Below are positions 19,361-27,868 of a DNA stretch of 64,000 nt, in pieces. A program made the position numbers and the translations under genes. The notes under the pieces were generated by a model. It ran no database searches. It saw only the letters and a list, made by a program, of their open reading frames with translations, and was not told where the DNA came from. The stretch comes from Planctomycetota bacterium (lineage in GTDB: Bacteria > Planctomycetota > PLA2 > JAEUHO01): contig CBDCWP010000008.1 of assembly GCA_965223505.1 (NCBI GenBank), positions 96,001 through 160,000 of the forward strand. The letters run 5' to 3'. The first letter of the stretch is position 1. Every line of letters begins with the position of its first letter.

Positions 19361-22144
19361 ATGATCGACGTGCACCCCATTGACCACCTCTCCGACGTGC
19401 TGGCGAGTGATCGACCGCCGCACGAACGGCGTCGCCTCCTGCGCGAAGCCGATCCGGACACCGAGACCCTCAACGGGCTCGTGGACGAGGCCGTCCGACT
19501 GCGCAGCACGGAGCCGGTGGGCGCCGAGCGGATCTCGCGGTCCGTGCTGGCGGTCGGGCGCGCCAAGAACCTCTCGGCGCTGACGCTACACGCCAGCCGC
19601 ACGCTCGCGCAGATCGAGATCGTCCGCGGCAAGCCGCGCAACGCACTGCGCATGTTGCGCAAGCTCAGTCCCGTCATCTCGCACCATCAGGAGGCGTCGG
19701 TCGTCCTCGAGCTCGCGCAGACCCTCGCACTGCTGGGGCGACGAAGTGAAGCGCTGCAGGCGATCGCGGATGCGCGCACACGGCTGCCCAAGGACGGTGC
19801 GTTGCGACAGCTCGCGATGCTCGACCTGGGCGAGGCCACGATCCTGGCGGACAACGGCGATCTCGAGGGCGCGCTCGGACTGATGAACCGTGGCCGGCGC
19901 GGCATGCTCCAGTCGGGATCGAAGAACACGACCATCGCGTCGATCGACATCAACCGCGCGACGGTGCTCAGCACCATGGGCCGCTACGACCAGGCGGCAT
20001 CGACCTATCGGCGCACCATCCGCCAGCTCAACGCCGACGGACAGGTCGCGCTCGAGCTTCAAGCGCGGTTCAACATGTCGTGCCTCGAGGTCTTCCGCGG
20101 GAACTACCACCACGCGCTGCACGGCTTCCGCGGCCTGCGCTCGCGATTCCGGGAGATCGGGGACGACCGGCACATCGCCGAGTGCGACCTGGCGGAAGCC
20201 GAGGTCAACCTCGTCCTGAATCTTCCGACGCAGACGGTCTCGCTTGCGACCCGTGCGGAAACGACGTTCAAGCGCCTCGGCCTCGAGGACGAGCGGGCGA
20301 AGGCGAGCTTCTTGTCCGCGGTCGCGGCCCGCGCGCTCGGCCGCACCAGCGAGGCCATGCACAGGCTGGAGCAGGCGCGCCGCACCTTCCAGGCCAGCGG
20401 CTGCCGCACGTGGGAGGCGATGTCGCTTCACCGCCTGGCCGAGTCCGATCGCGATATGGGGTTGATGGGCGCCGCGGCGACGCGCGCCGCGCGGGCCGCC
20501 CAGATGCTGCGCCATCAGGGGTTGCACGAACGCGCCGGACACGCCGAGGTGCTGCTGGCCCGCATCGAGATCGAGATGGGCGAGGTCGAGAACGGCCACC
20601 GCCGCCTCCAGCGCGTCATCGACGACACGCCGATTCGCCAGAGTCCCTGGCTTCGCTGCGAAGCGCATCACCACCTCGCGCTGGCCGAAGAGGCGATCGG
20701 TGAGACCGGCCGCGCGGTGCGCAACGTTCTGCGGGCCACCAAGATCCTCGAACGGCACCGGCTCGCGATCCCGCCGGACGAGTACATGGCCGCGTTTCTC
20801 AACGGCCGCGCCCGGTTGTTCGAGGACGCCGTGCGTCTGGTGCTGAAGCACGGTGGTCAGGCTGCGCCGCGCCGCGCGTTCGAGCTCACCGAGCAGGCCC
20901 GCGCCCGCGCCTTGCTCGACATGCTTCGTGGCCGCGCGTCGGTCGCGGCGCCCGAGCGCGGCGACGACGACGGGCTGTCCCAGATCCGCACCGTTCGACT
21001 GCCGCAGCTCAAGGACAAGGCCAACGTGAAGCCCGCCTCCGAGAGCGGGGCGGGCATGCCGCGCCGGCTCGCGAATCTCGCGCTCGAGCGGCCGCGTCCC
21101 GCGCGCAGCCGCGGCGCGACGCCGCCCCGGCTGCACGAGGTGGCCAAGCGGCTGCCGTCGGACACGACGCTGGTCGAGTACTTCCTCAGCGGCGACGAGC
21201 TGCTGACGTACGTCCTGCAAGACGGGAAGCTGAAGCTTCGTAGGCGCGGCCTGCCACGCAGCGCTTTGCGCCGCGTGCTGAGCCGGATGCAGTACCAGCT
21301 CGACCGACCGAACGTCGAGGAGCACCGCAAGAGCGGCGGGCGGCCGTTGCGTTCCGCGTTGGCGGTGCTCGACGAGCTCAACGACATCCTGCTCGGCTCG
21401 GATCGCGACAGCCTCGACTGCGAACGGATCGTGATCGTCCCCCACGGCGAGCTGCACGGCGTTCCGTTCGCCGCGCTGACGTGCGCGGGCAGTCCGCTGA
21501 TCGAGGAGTACGAGGTCGTGACGGCGCCCAGCGCGGCCATCTACCTGCACTGTCTCGACGCGCGCACCAGCGACGGACAGGACAACCTGTTCCTGGGGGT
21601 TTCCGACGCAGGGCGGCCGTACGTCAACCGCGAGGTCAGCTCGCTCGTGTCCCTGCTGCCGAACTCGAGCTCGCTGCTGGACGAGGCGGCGTCGCGCGCG
21701 GCGTTGCGCGAGCGCGGCGAGCGAGCCCGAACGATCCACATCAGCGCGCACTCGGAGTATCGCCACGACGACCCGATGGAGTCGCGCGTCCTACTCTCGG
21801 ACGGTTGGCTCACGGTGCCGCAGATCTACTCCATGAAGCTGCGCCCCGAGCTGCTCGTCCTCTCCGGGAGCGCCACCGGGCGCGCGGCCGTCACCGACGG
21901 CGGCGACTTGTTCGGACTCGCGCGCGGCTTCCTGTTCGCGGGCGCCTCCAGCCTGCTGACCACGTTGTGGGAGGTCTCCGGCGACCGCACCGCGGACTAC
22001 ATGGAGCGTTTCTACCGCTGGTACACCGAGACGGGCTCGGCCGCCGCGGCCATGCGCAAGGCGGCGCTCGAGATCCGCTCCGTCAACCCGCATCCGTACC
22101 ACTGGGCGTCGTTCGTGCTGACCGGACGGGGGTCACCCGGCTAA
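19361..22144 (+). CDS. TPR-repeat plus CHAT (caspase HetF-associated) domain protein, catalytic Cys replaced by Ser
   Basis: Long helical TPR-like array; EQARARALLD, LVEYF, IVPHGELHGVPFAAL, HISAH, LVLSGSATG, GLARGFLFAGA and HPYHWASF motifs. Start codon uncertain. Confidence 0.9.
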   Translation: MIDVHPIDHLSDVLASDRPPHERRRLLREADPDTETLNGLVDEAVRLRSTEPVGAERISRSVLAVGRAKNLSALTLHASRTLAQIEIVRGKPRNALRMLRKLSPVISHHQEASVVLELAQTLALLGRRSEALQAIADARTRLPKDGALRQLAMLDLGEATILADNGDLEGALGLMNRGRRGMLQSGSKNTTIASIDINRATVLSTMGRYDQAASTYRRTIRQLNADGQVALELQARFNMSCLEVFRGNYHHALHGFRGLRSRFREIGDDRHIAECDLAEAEVNLVLNLPTQTVSLATRAETTFKRLGLEDERAKASFLSAVAARALGRTSEAMHRLEQARRTFQASGCRTWEAMSLHRLAESDRDMGLMGAAATRAARAAQMLRHQGLHERAGHAEVLLARIEIEMGEVENGHRRLQRVIDDTPIRQSPWLRCEAHHHLALAEEAIGETGRAVRNVLRATKILERHRLAIPPDEYMAAFLNGRARLFEDAVRLVLKHGGQAAPRRAFELTEQARARALLDMLRGRASVAAPERGDDDGLSQIRTVRLPQLKDKANVKPASESGAGMPRRLANLALERPRPARSRGATPPRLHEVAKRLPSDTTLVEYFLSGDELLTYVLQDGKLKLRRRGLPRSALRRVLSRMQYQLDRPNVEEHRKSGGRPLRSALAVLDELNDILLGSDRDSLDCERIVIVPHGELHGVPFAALTCAGSPLIEEYEVVTAPSAAIYLHCLDARTSDGQDNLFLGVSDAGRPYVNREVSSLVSLLPNSSSLLDEAASRAALRERGERARTIHISAHSEYRHDDPMESRVLLSDGWLTVPQIYSMKLRPELLVLSGSATGRAAVTDGGDLFGLARGFLFAGASSLLTTLWEVSGDRTADYMERFYRWYTETGSAAAAMRKAALEIRSVNPHPYHWASFVLTGRGSPG

Positions 22145-22150
22145 GCGCCG

Positions 22151-23056
22151 CTACGCCGGCCGGATCTTCATCGACAGGTCGAGCGCCGGTGCGCTGTGCG
22201 TCAAGGCGCCGACCGAGATCCGCGCGACGCCCGACGAGGCGTAGGCCTCCACGGCCTCGACGGACACGCCGCCGGTGACCTCGAGCTCGGGGCGCGGTGA
22301 CGGGCGTTGGCGGATGTAGCGCACGGCCCTGCGGATGTCGGACAGGTCGAACTCGTCGAGCATCAGGATCGTCGCGCCGGCTTCCACCGCCGCTTCGAGC
22401 TCCGCCTGGGACTCGACCTCCACGTAGAGCTGCGTTCCGTCCGGCAACGCCGCCTTGCACGCGGCCACGGCGCGGCCGATGGCCTCCGGACCGGTCGTTC
22501 CGTACGCCGCGCGAAGGTGGTTCTCCTTGATCATCGCCGCGTCGGCGAGGTCCATGCGGTGGTTGCGTCCGCCGCCGCAGCGAACGGCGTACTTCTCCAA
22601 CGCGCGCCAGCCCGGTGTCGTCTTGCGTGTGTCGTAGATGCCGGTTCCGGTCGCCATCGTGCCCTCGACGAACCTCGCGGTGAGCGTGGCCACCCCGCTG
22701 AGGTGCCGAATGACGTTGAGCGCCGTGCGCTCGCCCGCGAGCAGCGCCGCGGCGGCGCCGTGAAGCGTCATCAGCGTCGCGCCCGCGCCGACCTGATCCC
22801 CGTCTTCGTATTCGCCTTCGACGGTGATCCCGGGGTCGAGCAGGAGGAACGTCGGCTCGACCAACGGCAGGCCGCAAACGACCCCGGACGCCTTGGCGAC
22901 GATGTCGGCCGTCGCTTGCGCGGACGGTTCGATCAGCGCGGCGACCGTCACGTCGTCTCGGGCCCGGTCCTCCGCCAGCGCCTGCTCGAGCAACGGAAGA
23001 AACGGGGCGAAGTCGAAGCCGACCGGGTCGAAGTCGTCGTCTGACGCGTCGTTCAT
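22151..23056 (-). CDS. nadC: Quinolinate phosphoribosyltransferase (nicotinate-nucleotide diphosphorylase)
   Basis: ERTALN, DTRKTTPG, NHRMDL, IKENH and ISVGALTHSA motifs. Confidence 0.97.
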   Translation of the reverse strand: MNDASDDDFDPVGFDFAPFLPLLEQALAEDRARDDVTVAALIEPSAQATADIVAKASGVVCGLPLVEPTFLLLDPGITVEGEYEDGDQVGAGATLMTLHGAAAALLAGERTALNVIRHLSGVATLTARFVEGTMATGTGIYDTRKTTPGWRALEKYAVRCGGGRNHRMDLADAAMIKENHLRAAYGTTGPEAIGRAVAACKAALPDGTQLYVEVESQAELEAAVEAGATILMLDEFDLSDIRRAVRYIRQRPSPRPELEVTGGVSVEAVEAYASSGVARISVGALTHSAPALDLSMKIRPA

Positions 23057-23457
23057 GGCGGCATCCTACCGGCGGAGCCTTGGGGAACGTCGGCGGCCCC
23101 GAACGTGATCCGCAGCGCCCGGCATGCGCGCAGCCGGGCGACGGTGCGCGGCCCGAAGCCGGGAATGCGCTCGAGCTCATCGAAGGACCGCAGCGGGCCG
23201 TTCGCGAGTCGGTCGTCCACGATCGCGTAGGCGCGCCGGATGCCGACGCCGGGCAACAACCGCAGCGTCGCGACGTCCGACTGCGAGAGATCGACGAGCA
23301 CCGGCTTCGGCGTCGTCGGCGTACGGCGCGCGCATGCGCCGGCGAGTCCGCCGGCGAGGTGCGCAGCGAGCCCCAGGACGAGAAGGCCGTCGCGCAGCCG
23401 CCGCACGGCGCTGCGTCGCGCACGGCTCACCGGGCATTCGGCGGCGGGCGGGGGCAT
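23053..23457 (-). CDS. ComEA-family helix-hairpin-helix DNA-binding protein
   Basis: TM segment, then VDLSQSDVATLRLLPGVG...RIPGFGPRT (two HhH motifs); ATGA overlap with nadC. Confidence 0.85.
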   Translation of the reverse strand: MPPPAAECPVSRARRSAVRRLRDGLLVLGLAAHLAGGLAGACARRTPTTPKPVLVDLSQSDVATLRLLPGVGIRRAYAIVDDRLANGPLRSFDELERIPGFGPRTVARLRACRALRITFGAADVPQGSAGRMPP

Positions 23458-23520
23458 CCTCCTGTTCCTCGCCGCACGCGGTCCGCCGGTTTCTCCCGCT
23501 GCACGTAGAATCGGCGCGCC

Positions 23521-24276
23521 GTGACCGGATCCTCCGACACCAACGGCGTGGTGGTGCGCGCCACCGGCCTGCACATGACCTTCGGGCGCGGCGACGCGGC
23601 GGTGAACGCGCTGCGTGATGTCAGCTTCGAGCTTCGGCGCGGCGAGTGCCTCGGCCTGCTGGGCGCCAACGGCAGCGGCAAGAGCACGACGATGCGCATC
23701 GTGCTCGGCATCCTCGAGCCGACGCGCGGCGACGTGGCGGTCCTCGGCGGCGCCGCGGGCCGGCGCGCCGCGCGCGCGCGCACGGGATTCGTTCCCGAGG
23801 AGGCGCGCCGGTTCGGCCGCCTGTCCGGTCGCGAGACCGTCGATTTCTTCGCGCGATTGCAGGGCGTTCCGCGCAGCGAGCGCAAGCGACGCGTCCAGGA
23901 CGCGTTGATCGCCGTCGGGCTCGCGGAGCGCGCGTGGAAGCAGCGTGTAGGCAACTACTCGCGCGGCATGACACGACGCCTGGCGATCGCCGCGGCGTGG
24001 GTGCACCGGCCCGCGTTGCTGGTGCTCGACGAACCGACGGCGGGTCTCGATCCGCCCGGTACGGAGGAGATCCTCGACCTGCTCGCACGGCACCGCGACG
24101 AGGGCGGCGCGACGCTCATCTCGACGCACGACCGCGTCACGGCGGAAGGCGCGTGCGACCGCGCGCTGGTCCTCTCGCACGGCAAGCTCGCGTTCGAAGG
24201 CAAGACGCAGGCGCTGCTCGCGGACGACGACGGTCCTTCGCTGGCCGGTCTGATTCGGAAGTCCGCCCGTGCGTGA
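23521..24276 (+). CDS. ABC transporter ATP-binding protein
   Basis: Walker A GANGSGKS, signature YSRGM, Walker B LLVLDEPT, H-loop STH. Confidence 0.95.
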   Translation: MTGSSDTNGVVVRATGLHMTFGRGDAAVNALRDVSFELRRGECLGLLGANGSGKSTTMRIVLGILEPTRGDVAVLGGAAGRRAARARTGFVPEEARRFGRLSGRETVDFFARLQGVPRSERKRRVQDALIAVGLAERAWKQRVGNYSRGMTRRLAIAAAWVHRPALLVLDEPTAGLDPPGTEEILDLLARHRDEGGATLISTHDRVTAEGACDRALVLSHGKLAFEGKTQALLADDDGPSLAGLIRKSARA

Positions 24277-25393
24277 CCTGTTCGTCCTGACCGGACGCCA
24301 CCTGCGCGTCGCGCTCCGGTCGCGCCTCGCGTGGGTGCTCGCGTTGGTGTTCATCGTGGCGGCGCACGCCGGCGTGATCCTCGTGCCCGACGCGTCGTCC
24401 GCCGCGGGGACGATCGCCGTGAGCGCGCTGCTCGCGCTCGTCTTCTTCGTGTTCTCCGTGTCGGCCGGCGCCGGCAACGTCCTGCCGGAAGACCGGCGCA
24501 CCAAGGCCGACGAGTGGCTCGAGTGCCTCGCGCCCCCGGCCTGGAAGCACCGCTTGTCGTGCGTGGTCGCCGGGTGGGTCCTCTGCCTGGGCGTGGCGAT
24601 CGTCGGCGGCGCCGTCGCCAGCGTCGTCACGTCGCTCTGGGCGTCCGACTTCACGGTGCGCGACGTGACCGCGGTCGACCTGGCGCAAGGCGCGCGGATC
24701 GCGCGTGCAGACGACGAGACGGGGCCCGGGGCACCGCGCGCGTTCGCCGTGCCCGGCGACGGGGCGGGGCGCACGCTGGCGCTGTCCGTACGCCCCCGGC
24801 CGCGGGATCCGGCGCTGCTCGTCGATCGCGTCGACCTCGATTGGCGCGGCGACGACGGATCGAGCGGCGCCGTGACGGTGTCGGTGTGGCAGACCATGCG
24901 CCTCGACGTGCCGGCGCGTGCGCGCTCGATCGAGCTGCGCAACCACTCCACCGACTGCGGGCTGTTCGTGAGGAGCAGCGAGGTGCTCGGACCGGCGCGT
25001 CCGCTGCCGCTCGGGCTCTTCTGGTTCGGACTGTGGACGGGACTCATGGGCGCCGCCGCCGTCCCCGTCGCGGTGTTCGTCTCGCGCTTCGCGTCGGGAG
25101 CGGTCGCGGGCGCGGCGGGCTTCAGCGTGCTCTTCTTCGGCGCGGTCAAGGCACCCATGTTGGAGCTGGCCGAGGCGCTCGCGGACGCGACCTGGGCGTC
25201 GGTCGTCTTGCAGACCGCGGCGCTCATGACGCCCGACATCGGCCTGTTGCGGCTCGTCGGCGCATACGCGGCGGGACGCTGGATGCCCGCGGACGCGTGG
25301 CGGGCGTTGCCGGGCGTACTCGGCTACGCGGCCGTCGGAACGGTGCTCGCGTGCGTGGCGTTGCCCGCGCGGTGGCGGGGGACGTCGGCATGA
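24269..25393 (+). CDS. ABC-2-like permease with an extracytoplasmic insert
   Basis: About 6 TM segments with a soluble middle domain; overlaps the ATPase gene. Confidence 0.75.
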   Translation: MRDLFVLTGRHLRVALRSRLAWVLALVFIVAAHAGVILVPDASSAAGTIAVSALLALVFFVFSVSAGAGNVLPEDRRTKADEWLECLAPPAWKHRLSCVVAGWVLCLGVAIVGGAVASVVTSLWASDFTVRDVTAVDLAQGARIARADDETGPGAPRAFAVPGDGAGRTLALSVRPRPRDPALLVDRVDLDWRGDDGSSGAVTVSVWQTMRLDVPARARSIELRNHSTDCGLFVRSSEVLGPARPLPLGLFWFGLWTGLMGAAAVPVAVFVSRFASGAVAGAAGFSVLFFGAVKAPMLELAEALADATWASVVLQTAALMTPDIGLLRLVGAYAAGRWMPADAWRALPGVLGYAAVGTVLACVALPARWRGTSA

Positions 25394-26631
25394 GGTGGCG
25401 GTTCGCCCTCGCCGGCTGCGCATGTCTGCTGTTGGCGGCCTTCTCGGCGCCGATGTCGTCGAAGACCGGCGGTACGACGACGACCGCCGTCGGCCGCTCG
25501 ATGGGCGGCATGCGCGTCGTGTTGATCGACGTCCTGTTCCTGCGGGCGGACGCGCTGAAGAAGGACGGCCGTCCCGAAGAGGCCGCGGCGTTGTACGAGA
25601 CGATCATCGAGCTCGATCCAAAGAACGACGCGGCGGCCGTGCATCTGATCGACATCTACGTGGACGACCTGCTTCGGCGCGAGGCCACGCTCGAGGGCCG
25701 CATGCACTGGTGGCGCAAAGCGCGCTCGCTGCTCGCCAAGGCGCTGGTGCTGAATCCCGAGTCCGCCCTCCTGCACTACCGCGCGTTCCAGCTCGTCTGG
25801 ATCACGCCGGTGTCGCACCCCGATCTCGCGCAACCGTTGGCGCAGGAGATCGAACGACCGCGCTTCCTCGTGTTGTCGCATCTGCGCAAGGCCGCGCGAC
25901 TCACGGACAACATTCCCACGCGCTGGCGCCTGCATCTGCGCGATCTCTCCGAGATCGCACCCGCGTTCGCGGCCGAGGCGATCGGCGAGCAGCAGGCCGA
26001 GCTCTTCCAGGCCGCCGTCGCCGCGGGGTACGACCTGCTCGATCGCAGGCGCTCGACGCTGGGCAAGATGCTGCACGTGGTCGAGGTGCGCGGCCACAAC
26101 ATCGGCATACGTCGCGATCGCTTCCTCGAAGCGGGCCTGCAGACCGTGGCCGCGGTGCGCGAGGCCCTCGGCGCGTCCGATCATCGACGCGCGTGGGAGG
26201 TCGTCCGGCAGTACGAGCGGTTCGTCGGTAGCAGCAACGCCCTCGGCATCCTGGAAACGCTGCTGCTCCGCAGCCTGGCCGAAGCGGTCTTCGCGGGGCT
26301 GGGCGGCACGGAGCGCCGCGACGTGAACCTCGACATGGCGTCGCGGCTGGCGACGAAGGTCGCGGCGAAGGCCCTGGCGTACGAAAAGGACGCCGTTCGC
26401 GACGAGGCGCTGCGCATCGGGGACGCCCTGTTGGAAAGGCGCGGCGCTCAGCTGGGTGAGCGCGCCGCCGTGCTGAAGGCGGGTTTGGAGGCCGTCCGTG
26501 CGTTGATCCCCACCGAGACGGAGGCGTCCGCACAGCGCGAGATCGTGGACCGCTACGCGGACGGCGGCGATCCCGAGGTGCTGCCGCTCCTGCGCTGGAT
26601 CGTCGATCGGCGGCTCATTCCTGCACCCTAG
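25390..26631 (+). CDS. Exported TPR-like helical protein associated with the ABC transporter
   Basis: ATGA-coupled; signal or anchor sequence; GGMRVVLIDVLFLRAD...IELDP and ALVLNPES TPR-like repeats. Confidence 0.7.
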   Translation: MRWRFALAGCACLLLAAFSAPMSSKTGGTTTTAVGRSMGGMRVVLIDVLFLRADALKKDGRPEEAAALYETIIELDPKNDAAAVHLIDIYVDDLLRREATLEGRMHWWRKARSLLAKALVLNPESALLHYRAFQLVWITPVSHPDLAQPLAQEIERPRFLVLSHLRKAARLTDNIPTRWRLHLRDLSEIAPAFAAEAIGEQQAELFQAAVAAGYDLLDRRRSTLGKMLHVVEVRGHNIGIRRDRFLEAGLQTVAAVREALGASDHRRAWEVVRQYERFVGSSNALGILETLLLRSLAEAVFAGLGGTERRDVNLDMASRLATKVAAKALAYEKDAVRDEALRIGDALLERRGAQLGERAAVLKAGLEAVRALIPTETEASAQREIVDRYADGGDPEVLPLLRWIVDRRLIPAP

Positions 26632-26678
26632 CCCACCGTTCCACTACCCTCCGGGGTCCGAGAACGGAAACCGAACCG

Positions 26679-27101
26679 ATGTCCGAGAACGAGTCCAAGT
26701 CCGTCGAAGCACTTGTGCGGAAGGTCGCCGCCCTGTGCGCCGAGAAGCGAGGTGAGAACGTCGTCGCGCTCGACGTGCGCGGTCTCGTGGACTACATGGA
26801 CTTCCTGTTGGTCGTGACCGGCCGCGGGCCGCGGCAGAACCGCGCGATCTCCGAGCACGTGATCACGTGCATGAAACGCGAAGACATGCTGCCCCTGTCG
26901 CGCTCCGGCCACGACGGCGGGACGTGGATCTGCCTCGACTACGTGGACTTCGTCGTGCACATCTTCGACGACGAGACGCGCGAGCACTACGACCTCGAGC
27001 TCTTGTGGGCCGACGCGAAGCCGCTCGCGCTGGAATTGCCCGATGCCGTCGCGGCCGAAGAAACCGAGCCCGCCGAGGAAGGCGTCATCGAGCCGCCGTA
27101 G
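26679..27101 (+). CDS. rsfS: Ribosome silencing factor
   Basis: EKRGENVVALDV, WICLDYVDFVVHIF and REHYDLELLW motifs. Confidence 0.95.
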   Translation: MSENESKSVEALVRKVAALCAEKRGENVVALDVRGLVDYMDFLLVVTGRGPRQNRAISEHVITCMKREDMLPLSRSGHDGGTWICLDYVDFVVHIFDDETREHYDLELLWADAKPLALELPDAVAAEETEPAEEGVIEPP

Positions 27102-27130
27102 AGGCAGGCCTGAGAGGCAGTCGATGACCA

Positions 27131-27180
27131 CGGCGTCTAGAACGACTCGATGGAGCGGCGCCTAGAGCGACTCGATGGCG
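27131..27180. repeat. 25-bp tandem duplication spanning a gene 3' end
   Basis: cggcgtctagaacgactcgatggag / cggcgcctagagcgactcgatggcg (22 of 25 identical). Confidence 0.8.
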
Positions 27181-27773
27181 TTGAACTCGTCGAAGTCGAC
27201 GACCCCGTCGCGGTTGGCGTCGGCACGCGAGATGGATCCGCCGAAGCGCTTGGCTTCCTCCATCTGCAGCAGGCCGTCGCCGTTGCGGTCGAGGTTTTCG
27301 AAGGCGATCTGCCGCTCCGACGTGGGCTCGAGCGTCACCATCTCGACGGTGTCGAAGATCGCGCCGACGTTGTTCTCCAGCGTACCGGTGCCGACGTCGA
27401 CCTCCTTGAAGCCGAAGTTGCGCTGCGGCTCGTAGCGGACCGCGCGGCCCATCGAGTCGATGTGGCCGAGCTGCTCGTTGCGGTTGAGGCTGGTCACCGT
27501 GTACATCCGGAACCGGGGACCGCCGCGCATCTGGCGGTACTCCTTCTCGACGACGTAGCCGGCGTGGCGCGGCGGCGCCAGCACCAACGACTGCGCGATC
27601 TTCACCTTCCAGATCTTGGTATCGTCGCTGACCATCCAGTCGCCGCGGTCCAGCCGCGAGGCGATCTCGTCGCACGTCGTCGGCCCGCAGGGCCCGCAGG
27701 GGCCGCCAGGTTGTGTGGCGCAGCCGGTCACGGCCAGCGCGATGAGCGCGGCAAGGCAGATCGGATACCTCAT
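27162..27773 (-). CDS. Lipoprotein with a C-terminal EF-hand pair
   Basis: Lipobox AVTGC; CGPCGPTTC motif; DRNGDG and DANRDG loops. Confidence 0.8.
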   Translation of the reverse strand: MRYPICLAALIALAVTGCATQPGGPCGPCGPTTCDEIASRLDRGDWMVSDDTKIWKVKIAQSLVLAPPRHAGYVVEKEYRQMRGGPRFRMYTVTSLNRNEQLGHIDSMGRAVRYEPQRNFGFKEVDVGTGTLENNVGAIFDTVEMVTLEPTSERQIAFENLDRNGDGLLQMEEAKRFGGSISRADANRDGVVDFDEFNAIESL

Positions 27774-27868
27774 TGAAGCGCGGTCCCTCCCGAGCGAACG
27801 GAGCGTAGGATAGCGCCTTCCTTCCGGGTGCGACAAGCATCCGGGCGGGTCGCGGGGGTGCGGCGCAC

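Noticed and set aside
19361..22144. CRISPR-associated (Craspase-type) or gasdermin-linked defence role for the CHAT protein
   Set aside because: No cas, gasdermin, sigma or effector genes are nearby, and the flanks are housekeeping genes.
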